Positions 45,620 through 54,300 of a stretch of DNA of 64,000 nt are shown here, piece by piece. The position numbers and the translations under genes are program-made. Origin of the DNA: an uncultured Clostridia bacterium (GTDB lineage Bacteria > Bacillota > Clostridia > Oscillospirales > Acutalibacteraceae); assembly GCA_947170465.1 (NCBI GenBank), contig CAMVTS010000001.1, positions 3,664-67,663 on the forward strand. The letters are read 5' to 3'. The stretch's first letter is position 1. The number at the start of each line of letters is the position of its first letter. A model generated the notes under the pieces. It saw only the letters and a program-made list of their open reading frames with translations. It was not told the DNA's origin and did no database searches.

Positions 45620-48421
45620 ATGAAAAAAGCAAACAAACTCATCAGTGCGGTTCTTTCGGCACTCATGGCTGTGTCCGCGGTTTCTGTACCGCTCACCGCG
45701 TACGCGTCGTCGAAAGAACTCTGTACCAAGTACTACCAGACAAATCCGGGCGGTAAATCAGGTCTTGCCAACAAGACAATCACCATCGACGGCAGTGCCA
45801 CTGACTGGTCCGAGGATATGATTATCGCTCAGGGCGCGGCGTGGGACATTGCCAACAACTACAAGGGCGGACACGAGAACTGCGTGCTCGACACCTATGC
45901 GCTTTTTGCGGCGTATGACAGCTCCAACCTTTACATCGGCTGGCAGATGGTCAACACCACCGACACCTGGGCGCGTGAAGGCGACGGACCGCTGTCCGAC
46001 GGCGGACGCGTGCTCGACGTACCGCTGATTCTCGCTCTCAGCGTGGATCCCTCCAAGCCCTCCATGTCCAACAAGAACAGCCAGGGCGGCCCCATCTGGG
46101 GACAGAAGATGGGTCTGACCTTCAAGCAGCACGTCGACCATCTCTTCTACATGAGCGGCAAGCCCGGTCTGGGTGAGCCCTCCATGTTCACCGGCGTTGA
46201 CGCGCAGGGCAACACCAACTACACCACCGGCTGCGTCGGCTTTGCCAAGGGCGGCATCGAGTACAAGATGGCGGAGACCAACATCTGCTCCCATATCTGG
46301 GGACTCGACGGCTCCAAAAGCCCCGATGACATTTACTCCGAGAGCAGCAACTGGGTAGACTTCAAGACCAAGAATCACAACACCAAGTACGACTCCTTCT
46401 ATGAGATGAAGATTCCGTTCAAGACTCTCGGCATTGATGCGAACTATCTCAAGAACAAGGGCATCGGCGCCATGCTCGTCGCGACACGCGGTGAGTCCGG
46501 TCTGGACTGTATTCCTTACGATGACACCATGCTCGACAACGCGACCGGCAGCTATTCCAACGACCCCAGTACCTCCAAGGAGAAGGAGGATGAGGATATC
46601 ATCACCTCTCCGCTTGCCAGAATCGGCAAGTCCGACGGCGGCACACCGATTATTATCGACCCGACCGATCCGGTAGAGCCCACCGATCCGGTAGAGCCCA
46701 CCACGCCCGGTCCTGTCGTTACCACCACGACCGTCAACGCAACCTCCAACGTACTCGGCAACGCCTCCGTTACCTCCTCCAACGGCAGCGGCAGAGTGAC
46801 CGTCAAGTACCAGCTGCAGTCCGGTCTCCCGGTTGCCAACGCGCAGTGGAACCTCAGCTATGACACCTCCAAGCTGCGGCTGGTGTCCTCCACCGACGCC
46901 ATGACGCCGAACCTCTCCGGCGACTACACCAACACCTACAACAACCGCGTTTACGGCGCTTATTCCGATCCCGCAGGCGCGAGCTTCACCAGCAAGAAAA
47001 CCTTTGTTCAGGCGGAATTTGAGGTTATCGGCACCGGCAACGCCAATGTCAGCCTCACTGTCAGCGAGCTGTCTGTCGGCAGCGGCAGCGGCAGCAATTA
47101 CCAGATTGCGCAGGCAGTCGCGAACAATCAGAAGCAGACCCTCACCGGCGCTTTCGCTTCCGGCAATATCTCCGGCTCCGCGCAGGCAGTGCTCGGCTCC
47201 GCCATGGAGGACGAGGCTTCCGGCAACGACCCGGTTGAGAGCAAAACCCTGACCGTCAACGCGACCTCCAACTTCTTCGCGAAGGGCAGCGCAGTTGTCA
47301 GCGAAACCGCTTCCACCGTAACCGTTGAGTATCTGCTCAAATCCAACATGCCTGTCCTCAACAGCGACTGGGTGCTCACCTACGACAGCACCAAGCTCAG
47401 CTTCAACAAGGCGACCACCGGCAAGATGATGCCCAACGTTCCCTCTGTAGCCACCAATGAGCCGGCAACCGGCAGAATCAAGGGCAGCTATTCCAATACC
47501 AACACCGACGACTTCTCCACCGAGAAAACCTTCGTCAAGGCGGTATTTGACAAGAAGGGCACCGGCACCGCTGACGTTTATCTCGACGTACAGGTGCTCG
47601 GTCTGACCAACAACAACGACGACAACGGCTATCTGGTTGACAACAGCAAGGTGCAGAGCCTCGGCTCTCAGGCAGGCTTCCAAAATCTGTCCTACACCGC
47701 CAAGACCAGAGTTTCCGCCAACGGAAGCAGCGCTCCGGACGTCAAGATGACGCTCAACGCCACCTCCAACTATTTCCCGACCTCCAAGCGTACCATTTCC
47801 TCCGCTTCCAACAGCGTGACGCTGGTGTACAAGCTGTCCTCCTCCTACGAGCTGTTCAACGCGGAGTGGGAGCTGACCTACGACACCTCCAAGCTGCGCT
47901 TCAACCAGAGCAACCTCACCAAGCTCATGCCCACTGTCAAGGGCGCTGTCGCCAGAGAGAAGAACGTCGGCACCATCAAGGGCAACTTCTCCAACCTCAC
48001 CGGCGAGGACTTCAGCATTGAGGACGACTTCATTGTCATTCCCTTCGAGGTCATCGGCAGCGGCGAAACCACCGTCAATCTCGAGATGAAGATTCTCGGC
48101 TGCCACAATGACGACGGCGACGAAGGTTATATCGTTGACAGCAGCAAGGAAACCAATCTTAACAAGCAGAGCGGCTTCACCGGTCTGAGCACCAGCAAGA
48201 TGGCGATGTTCATTCCCGGCTCCTCCGCCGATTATGTCAAGGGCGACGTCAACTTTGACGGCAAGCTCACGATTGCGGACGCAACCTACATTCAGCAGCA
48301 GGCTGCGGAGCTGGTCAACTTCCGTACAGAGCAGAAGAACGCCGCCGACATCAACGGCGACGGCAGCTGCACGGTTGCGGACGCCAGCCGTATCCAGAAC
48401 GTTATCGCGGAAATCGAATAA
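45620..48421 (+). CDS. secreted scaffoldin-like protein: N-terminal ~330-aa module, 3 cohesin-like modules, C-terminal dockerin
   Basis: Signal peptide. PTDPVE x2 linker. Three ~170-aa repeats starting TVNATSN.. each with a ..L(S/T)YD(T/S)(S/T)KL.. core (nt ~46729, ~47240, ~47746). Dockerin GDVNFDGKLTIADATYIQ...DINGDGSCTVADASRIQ (48242-48418). Confidence 0.85.
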   Translation: MKKANKLISAVLSALMAVSAVSVPLTAYASSKELCTKYYQTNPGGKSGLANKTITIDGSATDWSEDMIIAQGAAWDIANNYKGGHENCVLDTYALFAAYDSSNLYIGWQMVNTTDTWAREGDGPLSDGGRVLDVPLILALSVDPSKPSMSNKNSQGGPIWGQKMGLTFKQHVDHLFYMSGKPGLGEPSMFTGVDAQGNTNYTTGCVGFAKGGIEYKMAETNICSHIWGLDGSKSPDDIYSESSNWVDFKTKNHNTKYDSFYEMKIPFKTLGIDANYLKNKGIGAMLVATRGESGLDCIPYDDTMLDNATGSYSNDPSTSKEKEDEDIITSPLARIGKSDGGTPIIIDPTDPVEPTDPVEPTTPGPVVTTTTVNATSNVLGNASVTSSNGSGRVTVKYQLQSGLPVANAQWNLSYDTSKLRLVSSTDAMTPNLSGDYTNTYNNRVYGAYSDPAGASFTSKKTFVQAEFEVIGTGNANVSLTVSELSVGSGSGSNYQIAQAVANNQKQTLTGAFASGNISGSAQAVLGSAMEDEASGNDPVESKTLTVNATSNFFAKGSAVVSETASTVTVEYLLKSNMPVLNSDWVLTYDSTKLSFNKATTGKMMPNVPSVATNEPATGRIKGSYSNTNTDDFSTEKTFVKAVFDKKGTGTADVYLDVQVLGLTNNNDDNGYLVDNSKVQSLGSQAGFQNLSYTAKTRVSANGSSAPDVKMTLNATSNYFPTSKRTISSASNSVTLVYKLSSSYELFNAEWELTYDTSKLRFNQSNLTKLMPTVKGAVAREKNVGTIKGNFSNLTGEDFSIEDDFIVIPFEVIGSGETTVNLEMKILGCHNDDGDEGYIVDSSKETNLNKQSGFTGLSTSKMAMFIPGSSADYVKGDVNFDGKLTIADATYIQQQAAELVNFRTEQKNAADINGDGSCTVADASRIQNVIAEIE
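46664..46699 (+). repeat. perfect 18-bp tandem duplication inside the scaffoldin linker
   Basis: accgatccggtagagccc x2 (encodes the PTDPVE repeat). Confidence 0.8.
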
Positions 48422-48436
48422 TTTTCAGGCACATTC

Positions 48437-48468
48437 AGAGCCGGTTCCCCGTGAGCCGGCTCTTTTTC
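48437..48468 (+). terminator. scaffoldin terminator
   Basis: agagccgg-ttccccgtgag-ccggctct followed by ttttt. Confidence 0.6.
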
Positions 48469-48528
48469 TGTCATAATCCTTTTCTCCTTTGCATATCCTT
48501 TACTAACAAAATCAAAGGAGAGATAAAC

Positions 48529-50055
48529 ATGGAGAATCTTTCGGAGAGCCGTTCCTTCCGCACACCTGTCGCGGTGCTGGACACGGTTGCCGAACAGCTG
48601 GCGGACGTCGATTTAACGCTGCCGGATTACTGTCCTGATATCGAAAAAATTCTGAAGTGCACCTTGATTCCCAAAATCCAGACCAAAACGCTTTCGGGCG
48701 GTCAGCTGCAGGTGGACGGCAGCTGCGTCGTCAACGTCCTCTATGTCGAGAGCAGCGCCAAAACGATTCGCTGCTGCGAGCAGAGCGTGGATTTTTCACA
48801 GCGCTTTTCTGTCCGCGACACGCCGGAGAGCTTTGTCATTCTCACCCGGACAAAACCGGAGTACATCAACTGCCGCGCGCTCAGTCCGCGCCGATTAGTC
48901 ATGCACGGCGCGTTTTCACTCTATGTGCAGGTGCTCAGCACCGCGTCCACCCGGCTTTTTACGCCGCCGGAAGGCTTGGAAGCCCTGAAACGCACGGTCA
49001 GCTGCGCCAGCCTGAGCGCCTTCTGCCAGGAGCAGTTCACCGTCAGCGAGGAAATCGCCGTTGCCGACAAGCCGGCGATAGAATCCGTGCTCTATTCCAA
49101 GGTCAACGCCGGTCTGACGGACGTGAAAGCCGTCACCGGCAAGCTGATGGTCAGCGGCGAGCTGAACCTGCGCCTGTTTTACCTCACCGACGTGGAGAGC
49201 GGCGAGACCGCCAGACTGGAATACATTCTGCCGTTTTCACAGATTGTGGACTGCAAGGGCGTGGAGGAAAACACGCAGAACCTGCTCGGCTGCGAGGTCA
49301 TGTCCTACGACCTGCGGCTGAAAAACGACCTCATGAGCGACAAGCCGGCGGTGGCGCTCGACGTCAAGCTTTGTCTGACCGAGGAGGGCTATGTCACGCG
49401 CGACGAGGAGATTGTCACCGACGTGTATTCCACCGCCTTCGCCACGGTGCCGTCCTTTGAAAACCTCACCGTCACCGACGCGGTCATGCCGGTCGCCGAG
49501 AGCTTCATGGAGAAGCTCAGCTTCCGCGTAGACAACGGCAAAATCGGCAAGATTCTCGATATCTATGCCGATTCCGTCACCATGGAAACCGCGCCCGGCG
49601 AGAAGGGGCTTTCCGTCAGCGGCAAAATCAACCTCTGCATGATGGCGCTCGACGAGAAGAATATGCCGGTGTTCATTGAGCGCACCTGCGATTACCGCCA
49701 CACCCTGACCGGCACCGAGGGCTTCGGCAGCCTGACCTTCGGCAAGGCTTCGCCGGGCGGCATCAGTTATCGTCTGGCGGACGACAACGCCGCGGAAATC
49801 CGCATGGAGCTGAAAATCTCCGGCGGCGCCCTCAGCCGCGAGACGCTCCGCGCTGTTTCGGACGTCCAGCTTCTGGAGGATGCGCCGATTGTGCAGGAGA
49901 ACTGCGCACTAACCCTTTATTTTGCGGAACCGGACGAAAACCTGTGGCAGATTGCCAAGGCGCACAACACGCGGCTCGACTTGCTGCTCGCGGAAAACGG
50001 ACTGACCGGACTGACGCTGGAAAGTCCGCAAATGCTGCTGATTCCGAAGCTGTAG
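48529..50055 (+). CDS. sipL: DUF3794 + C-terminal LysM protein, SipL-like spore coat morphogenetic protein
   Basis: MENLSESRSFRTPVAVLDTVAEQLADVDLTLPDYCPDIEKIL (DUF3794 style). C-terminal LysM LTLYFAEPDENLWQIAKAHNTRLDLLLAENGL. Adjacent to spoIVA. AAAGGAGAG RBS (track start 48451). Confidence 0.75.
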   Translation: MENLSESRSFRTPVAVLDTVAEQLADVDLTLPDYCPDIEKILKCTLIPKIQTKTLSGGQLQVDGSCVVNVLYVESSAKTIRCCEQSVDFSQRFSVRDTPESFVILTRTKPEYINCRALSPRRLVMHGAFSLYVQVLSTASTRLFTPPEGLEALKRTVSCASLSAFCQEQFTVSEEIAVADKPAIESVLYSKVNAGLTDVKAVTGKLMVSGELNLRLFYLTDVESGETARLEYILPFSQIVDCKGVEENTQNLLGCEVMSYDLRLKNDLMSDKPAVALDVKLCLTEEGYVTRDEEIVTDVYSTAFATVPSFENLTVTDAVMPVAESFMEKLSFRVDNGKIGKILDIYADSVTMETAPGEKGLSVSGKINLCMMALDEKNMPVFIERTCDYRHTLTGTEGFGSLTFGKASPGGISYRLADDNAAEIRMELKISGGALSRETLRAVSDVQLLEDAPIVQENCALTLYFAEPDENLWQIAKAHNTRLDLLLAENGLTGLTLESPQMLLIPKL

Positions 50056-50068
50056 GGGAGGGTGTATC

Positions 50069-51547
50069 ATGGAAGAAAGAAACGTATACAGAGACATTTC
50101 ACAGCGCACCGACGGCGATGTCTATATTGGCGTCGTCGGACCGGTGAGAACCGGCAAATCCACCTTCATCAAGCGCTTTATGGACGCGCTGGTGCTGCCG
50201 AATATCCGCGACGAGAATATCTACCGCCGCACCGTCGACGAGCTGCCGCAGTCGTCAGCCGGCAGAACCATCATGACGACCGAGCCGAAGTTTATTCCCG
50301 AGGAGAGCGTCGCGGTCGAGCTGGGCGACAACATCTCCTTCAAGGTGCGCATGATTGACTGCGTAGGCTATCTTGTTGCTTCCGCTCTCGGTCACAGCGA
50401 GGAGGACGCGCCGCGCATGGTGCGCACGCCCTGGTCAGAGCAGGAAATGCCGTTTGACGACGCGGCGGAGCTCGGCACCAAAAAGGTCATTACCGACCAC
50501 AGCACCATCGGTCTGGTAATTACCGCCGACGGCTCCTTCGGCGAGATTCCGCGCGAGGACTACGAGGAGAGCGAACAGCGCGTGATTGCGGAGCTGCAGG
50601 CGATCAACAAGCCCTTCATCGTCCTGCTCAACTCCGCTCAGCCGGATTCCGAAGCGGCAGGGCGACTTTCGGAGGATTTGAGCGCGCGCTACCAGGTGCC
50701 GGTGCTGCCCGTCAGCTGCATGGAGCTTTCCGAGGAGGAAATCCGCCGGATTCTGGCGCAGCTTCTCTTTGAGTTCCCCGTCCGTGAAATCAAGGTCAAC
50801 ATTCCCAAATGGGTGGTCTCGCTCGACAAGGAACACTGGCTGAAATCCGCCGTCTTTGACTGTATCCGCGGCGCCGCCGAGGGCATGGAGAAAATACGCG
50901 AAATCCGGCAGGCGCTTGCCGACATGCAGCAATGCGAGTTTGTCACCGCGACAACGCTGGATTCTCTTGATTTGGGAATCGGCAGCGCGTCCGTCTCCGT
51001 CGGCATCAAGCCGGAGCTGTTCTACAAGGTATTGTCGGAGCAGACCGGACTGGATATCGCCGACGAATGTGATTTGATGAACCGCATGGAGTCGCTGGCG
51101 CAGAAGCAGCAGGAGTTCGACAAAATCGCCCAGGCGTATGAGCAGGTCAGGGAGACCGGCTACGGCATTGTCATGCCGACGATTGACGAGCTGACCTTGG
51201 AGGAGCCGCAGATTATCAAGCAGAGCGGCAAGTATGGCATCCGCCTGAAAGCCAGCGCGCCGTCGATTCACCTGATGAAGGTCGAAACCCAGACCGAGGT
51301 CACGCCGATTGTCGGCTCGGAGCAGCAGAGCCAGGAGCTGGTGTCCTATCTTCTCAAGGAGTTTGAGGAGAGCCCGGAAAAAATCTGGGAGAGCAACATC
51401 TTCGGAAAATCTGTCCACGAGCTGGTCAACGAGGGACTGCACAACAAGCTCTACCGCATGCCTGCCGACGCGCGCCGCAAGATAGGGGAGACGATTCAGA
51501 AAATTATCAACGACGGCTGCAACGGTCTGATTTGCATTATTTTATAA
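50069..51547 (+). CDS. spoIVA: stage IV sporulation protein A
   Basis: 492 aa. YIGVVGPVRTGKSTFIKRFMD Walker A. Full-length SpoIVA architecture. Confidence 0.95.
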   Translation: MEERNVYRDISQRTDGDVYIGVVGPVRTGKSTFIKRFMDALVLPNIRDENIYRRTVDELPQSSAGRTIMTTEPKFIPEESVAVELGDNISFKVRMIDCVGYLVASALGHSEEDAPRMVRTPWSEQEMPFDDAAELGTKKVITDHSTIGLVITADGSFGEIPREDYEESEQRVIAELQAINKPFIVLLNSAQPDSEAAGRLSEDLSARYQVPVLPVSCMELSEEEIRRILAQLLFEFPVREIKVNIPKWVVSLDKEHWLKSAVFDCIRGAAEGMEKIREIRQALADMQQCEFVTATTLDSLDLGIGSASVSVGIKPELFYKVLSEQTGLDIADECDLMNRMESLAQKQQEFDKIAQAYEQVRETGYGIVMPTIDELTLEEPQIIKQSGKYGIRLKASAPSIHLMKVETQTEVTPIVGSEQQSQELVSYLLKEFEESPEKIWESNIFGKSVHELVNEGLHNKLYRMPADARRKIGETIQKIINDGCNGLICIIL

Positions 51548-51558
51548 ACCGCAAGATT

Positions 51559-51596
51559 TCCGCGCTTCTGACAAGGGTTCAGGAGCGCGGATTTTA
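51559..51596 (+). terminator. spoIVA terminator
   Basis: tccgcgcttctga...tcaggagcgcgga followed by ttttat. Confidence 0.6.
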
Positions 51597-51740
51597 TCTT
51601 CCATAATAATCTTGACAAAAATTTAACGGCTTTTATTCAAACTGACGAAAAACCGTTCAGCCCTTTTTTCATGTTGCAAAAAAACGAGATTTCCATTATA
51701 ATAATCATGTATGCAAATTTTACAAGACGGAGGTCGTTTT

Positions 51741-52175
51741 ATGTTCATGAACGGCACAATACCATGGCAGCCCGTCATCGCGGAGCTATCGCTTGCCGAG
51801 AAGGGTACTTCCTCGGCAAAGGTGATTCTGACCGGTTTTCTGGTCGTGTTCGCGGTGCTCTTTCTGCTGATTGGTATCATCAAGCTCTACAGCTATGCTA
51901 TCGGCAAGGCACAGCAGAGCGCGGATAACAGAAAAAGAAGAAAAATAGAGGTTGTCGACGTTCCGAAGCAACCGTCAGCGCCTGCGCCGCGCATTTTCGC
52001 GCCGCCCGAGGACGAGGACGAGGAGGTTCCGGAGGAAATTGTAGCGGTTATCGCCGCCGCTGTCGCGACCATGTACGGCTCTCCGGGCAAGGCACGGATT
52101 AAAAGCATCAAAAAAGCCGGCGGTCGTTCCGCCTGGGCAAATGCCGGTGTTCTCGATAACACCCGGCCTTTTTAA
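51741..52175 (+). CDS. OadG-family Na+-pump decarboxylase gamma subunit
   Basis: TM LTGFLVVFAVLFLLIGIIKL, then EEIVAVIAAAVATMYG...SAWANAGVLDNTRPF. GGAGG RBS before ATG 51741 (track start 51711). Confidence 0.7.
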   Translation: MFMNGTIPWQPVIAELSLAEKGTSSAKVILTGFLVVFAVLFLLIGIIKLYSYAIGKAQQSADNRKRRKIEVVDVPKQPSAPAPRIFAPPEDEDEEVPEEIVAVIAAAVATMYGSPGKARIKSIKKAGGRSAWANAGVLDNTRPF

Positions 52176-52203
52176 CCGCGCGGAAAGGAAAAGATAAAGA
52201 ATT

Positions 52204-53436
52204 ATGGAAATACTCAATGGTTTTCTCGAAGCCATCAAGGGTTTGTATGAAAGCTCCGGCATCCTGACCCTCACCTGGCAGAATTATGTGATGATTGCGA
52301 TTTCGTGCTTCCTGCTCTATCTCGCCATCAAAAAGCAGTATGAGCCGCTGCTCCTGCTGCCCATCGCCTTCGGTATGCTGCTCGTCAATCTCTATCCTGC
52401 GATTATGGCGCCGCCACATATCAGCTTGGTTGAAATACCCAACGCCTCCGACCCTGCTGCCGCCGGGCATGTCGTGCAGGAAATCGGCGGCAAGGTCTAT
52501 TATGAAAATCCCCAGTACGGCGGCTTGCTCTACTATCTCTATCAGGGCGTCAAGCTCGGCATCTATCCGCCGCTGATTTTCCTCGGTATCGGCTGCATGA
52601 CCGACTTCGGTCCGCTGATTGCCAACCCCAAGAGCCTGATTCTCGGCGCGGCTGCGCAGATTGGTATTTTTGTCACCTTCACCGGCGCGATTTTCCTCGG
52701 CTTCACCGAGGCGGAAGCCGGCGCCATCGGTATTATCGGCGGCGCTGACGGTCCGACGGCGATTTATGTCACCACCAAGCTCGCGCCCCACCTGCTCGGC
52801 TCCATCGCGATTGCGGCGTATTCCTACATGGCGCTGGTGCCCATTATCCAGCCGCCGATTATGAAGCTGCTCACCACCAAGAAGGAGCGCTCCGTTGTGA
52901 TGGAACAGCTCCGTCCGGTGTCCAGGCTCGAAAAGATTATGTTCCCGATTATCGTCGTTATCGTGATTGCAATTCTGCTGCCCGACGCGGCGCCGCTGGT
53001 CGGCATGCTCATGCTCGGCAACCTCTTCAAGGAGAGCGGCGTGGTCGAGCGCATTGCCAAGGCGGCGCAGAATGAGCTGATGAATATCATCACCATCTTC
53101 CTCGGCACCACTGTCGGCGCTACTGCCTCCGGCACCAACTTCCTCAAGCTCGACACCCTCAAAATTATTCTTCTCGGTTTGATTGCGTTCTGCATGGGCA
53201 CCGCCTTCGGCGTGCTCTTCGGCAAGATTATGTACAAGCTGACCGGCGGCAAGATTAATCCGCTGATTGGCTCCGCCGGCGTTTCAGCCGTCCCGATGGC
53301 GGCTCGTGTGGCACAGAAGGTAGGTCAGCAGGAGAATCCCGCCAACTTCCTGCTCATGCACGCCATGGGTCCGAACGTTGCCGGCGTTATCGGTTCCGCC
53401 GTCGCGGCAGGCGTTCTGATTAACGTGGTTGGTTAA
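52204..53436 (+). CDS. Na+-translocating decarboxylase beta subunit (OadB/GcdB/MmdB)
   Basis: 410 aa, polytopic. YEPLLLLPIAFGMLLVNL...GADGPTAIY...SAGVSAVPMAARV. Confidence 0.9.
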   Translation: MEILNGFLEAIKGLYESSGILTLTWQNYVMIAISCFLLYLAIKKQYEPLLLLPIAFGMLLVNLYPAIMAPPHISLVEIPNASDPAAAGHVVQEIGGKVYYENPQYGGLLYYLYQGVKLGIYPPLIFLGIGCMTDFGPLIANPKSLILGAAAQIGIFVTFTGAIFLGFTEAEAGAIGIIGGADGPTAIYVTTKLAPHLLGSIAIAAYSYMALVPIIQPPIMKLLTTKKERSVVMEQLRPVSRLEKIMFPIIVVIVIAILLPDAAPLVGMLMLGNLFKESGVVERIAKAAQNELMNIITIFLGTTVGATASGTNFLKLDTLKIILLGLIAFCMGTAFGVLFGKIMYKLTGGKINPLIGSAGVSAVPMAARVAQKVGQQENPANFLLMHAMGPNVAGVIGSAVAAGVLINVVG

Positions 53437-53442
53437 ATCACT

Positions 53443-53478
53443 AAATAAAGGAGGCTAACGCCTCCTTTATTTTTTTCT
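53443..53478 (+). terminator. oadB terminator
   Basis: aaataaaggagg-ctaacg-cctcctttattt followed by ttttt. Confidence 0.7.
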
Positions 53479-53589
53479 TCGGCAAGTCGCCTATAATTCT
53501 GAATTAGAATTATAATGCAAAACGATTGATATATAATAAAACAGTATGCTGTTATATCTAGCAAAAAAAACAGAGGAAGGATTATCATC

Positions 53590-54300
53590 ATGCCAAAAAA
53601 TATCACCATTCAGAAGGTTTTAGGCATTCTCATGCACCGCATCCGGTTTATCATTCTGATATCTGTTGCGGCTGGATTGCTGACTTTTTTGTATACCAAT
53701 TTTTTCATCACGCCGCAGTATTCCACTTCCGCGATGATTTTTATCCAGAACTACAGCAAGGCTGACGCCAAGAGCGACGCTGCCAACGCGGAAAAATTAG
53801 ACGGAGGCACCGGCAACAACGCCGTTGCCAAGAAGATTTTCAGCTCTGATATCAGCGGTTCCTCGAACCTTGCCAAGATTTCCGTCACGCTGTTCCAGAA
53901 CTCCGATAAAATCACCGCGCTTTATAACGGCTGTGCCGTCAACTTCGCTGTGGCGGATGGTACCTTCTATATCACGATTTCCGTCACCGGTGACGATCCG
54001 GCAAAATGCGCCAATGTCGCCAACCAGGTTGCCGACATGTGCAACGAGGTGTTCCATGATTATTTCGCATGGGGACAGCTTGGCGTTATCCGTGCCGCAA
54101 GGGTGCCGGGAGCGCCGTTTGCGCCAAATAAAGTCCAGAATACCTTGATTGGTTTAGTTGTCGGACTGATTGCCGCCTGCCTGATTTCCGTCCTTCTCGA
54201 GTTGATTGATACGACAATCAAGGCGGATGATGACCTTGCCGAGATCTACAAGATTCCCGTGTTCGCCGAGATTCCCGATTTTGAAAACGAAAGCAGGTGA
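53590..54300 (+). CDS. Wzz / capsular chain-length determinant (tyrosine-kinase modulator)
   Basis: N- and C-terminal TMs. FFITPQYSTSAMIFIQN Wzz signature. Confidence 0.8.
   Translation: MPKNITIQKVLGILMHRIRFIILISVAAGLLTFLYTNFFITPQYSTSAMIFIQNYSKADAKSDAANAEKLDGGTGNNAVAKKIFSSDISGSSNLAKISVTLFQNSDKITALYNGCAVNFAVADGTFYITISVTGDDPAKCANVANQVADMCNEVFHDYFAWGQLGVIRAARVPGAPFAPNKVQNTLIGLVVGLIAACLISVLLELIDTTIKADDDLAEIYKIPVFAEIPDFENESR

Noticed and set aside
45758-48106. 782-aa minus-strand ORF, the longest single ORF after the real genes.
   Set aside because: It is exactly antisense to the scaffoldin gene, which has a signal peptide, repeats and a dockerin. Its product is a low-complexity Gly/Ala/Val/Arg string with no RBS. 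This is a typical shadow ORF of high-GC coding DNA.
46729-48240. Periodic ~510-bp repetition that could be mistaken for a repeat array or CRISPR-like structure.
   Set aside because: The repeats are in-frame protein-domain repeats (cohesin-like) with diverged DNA. There is no short direct-repeat/spacer architecture. No CRISPR array was seen anywhere in the window.
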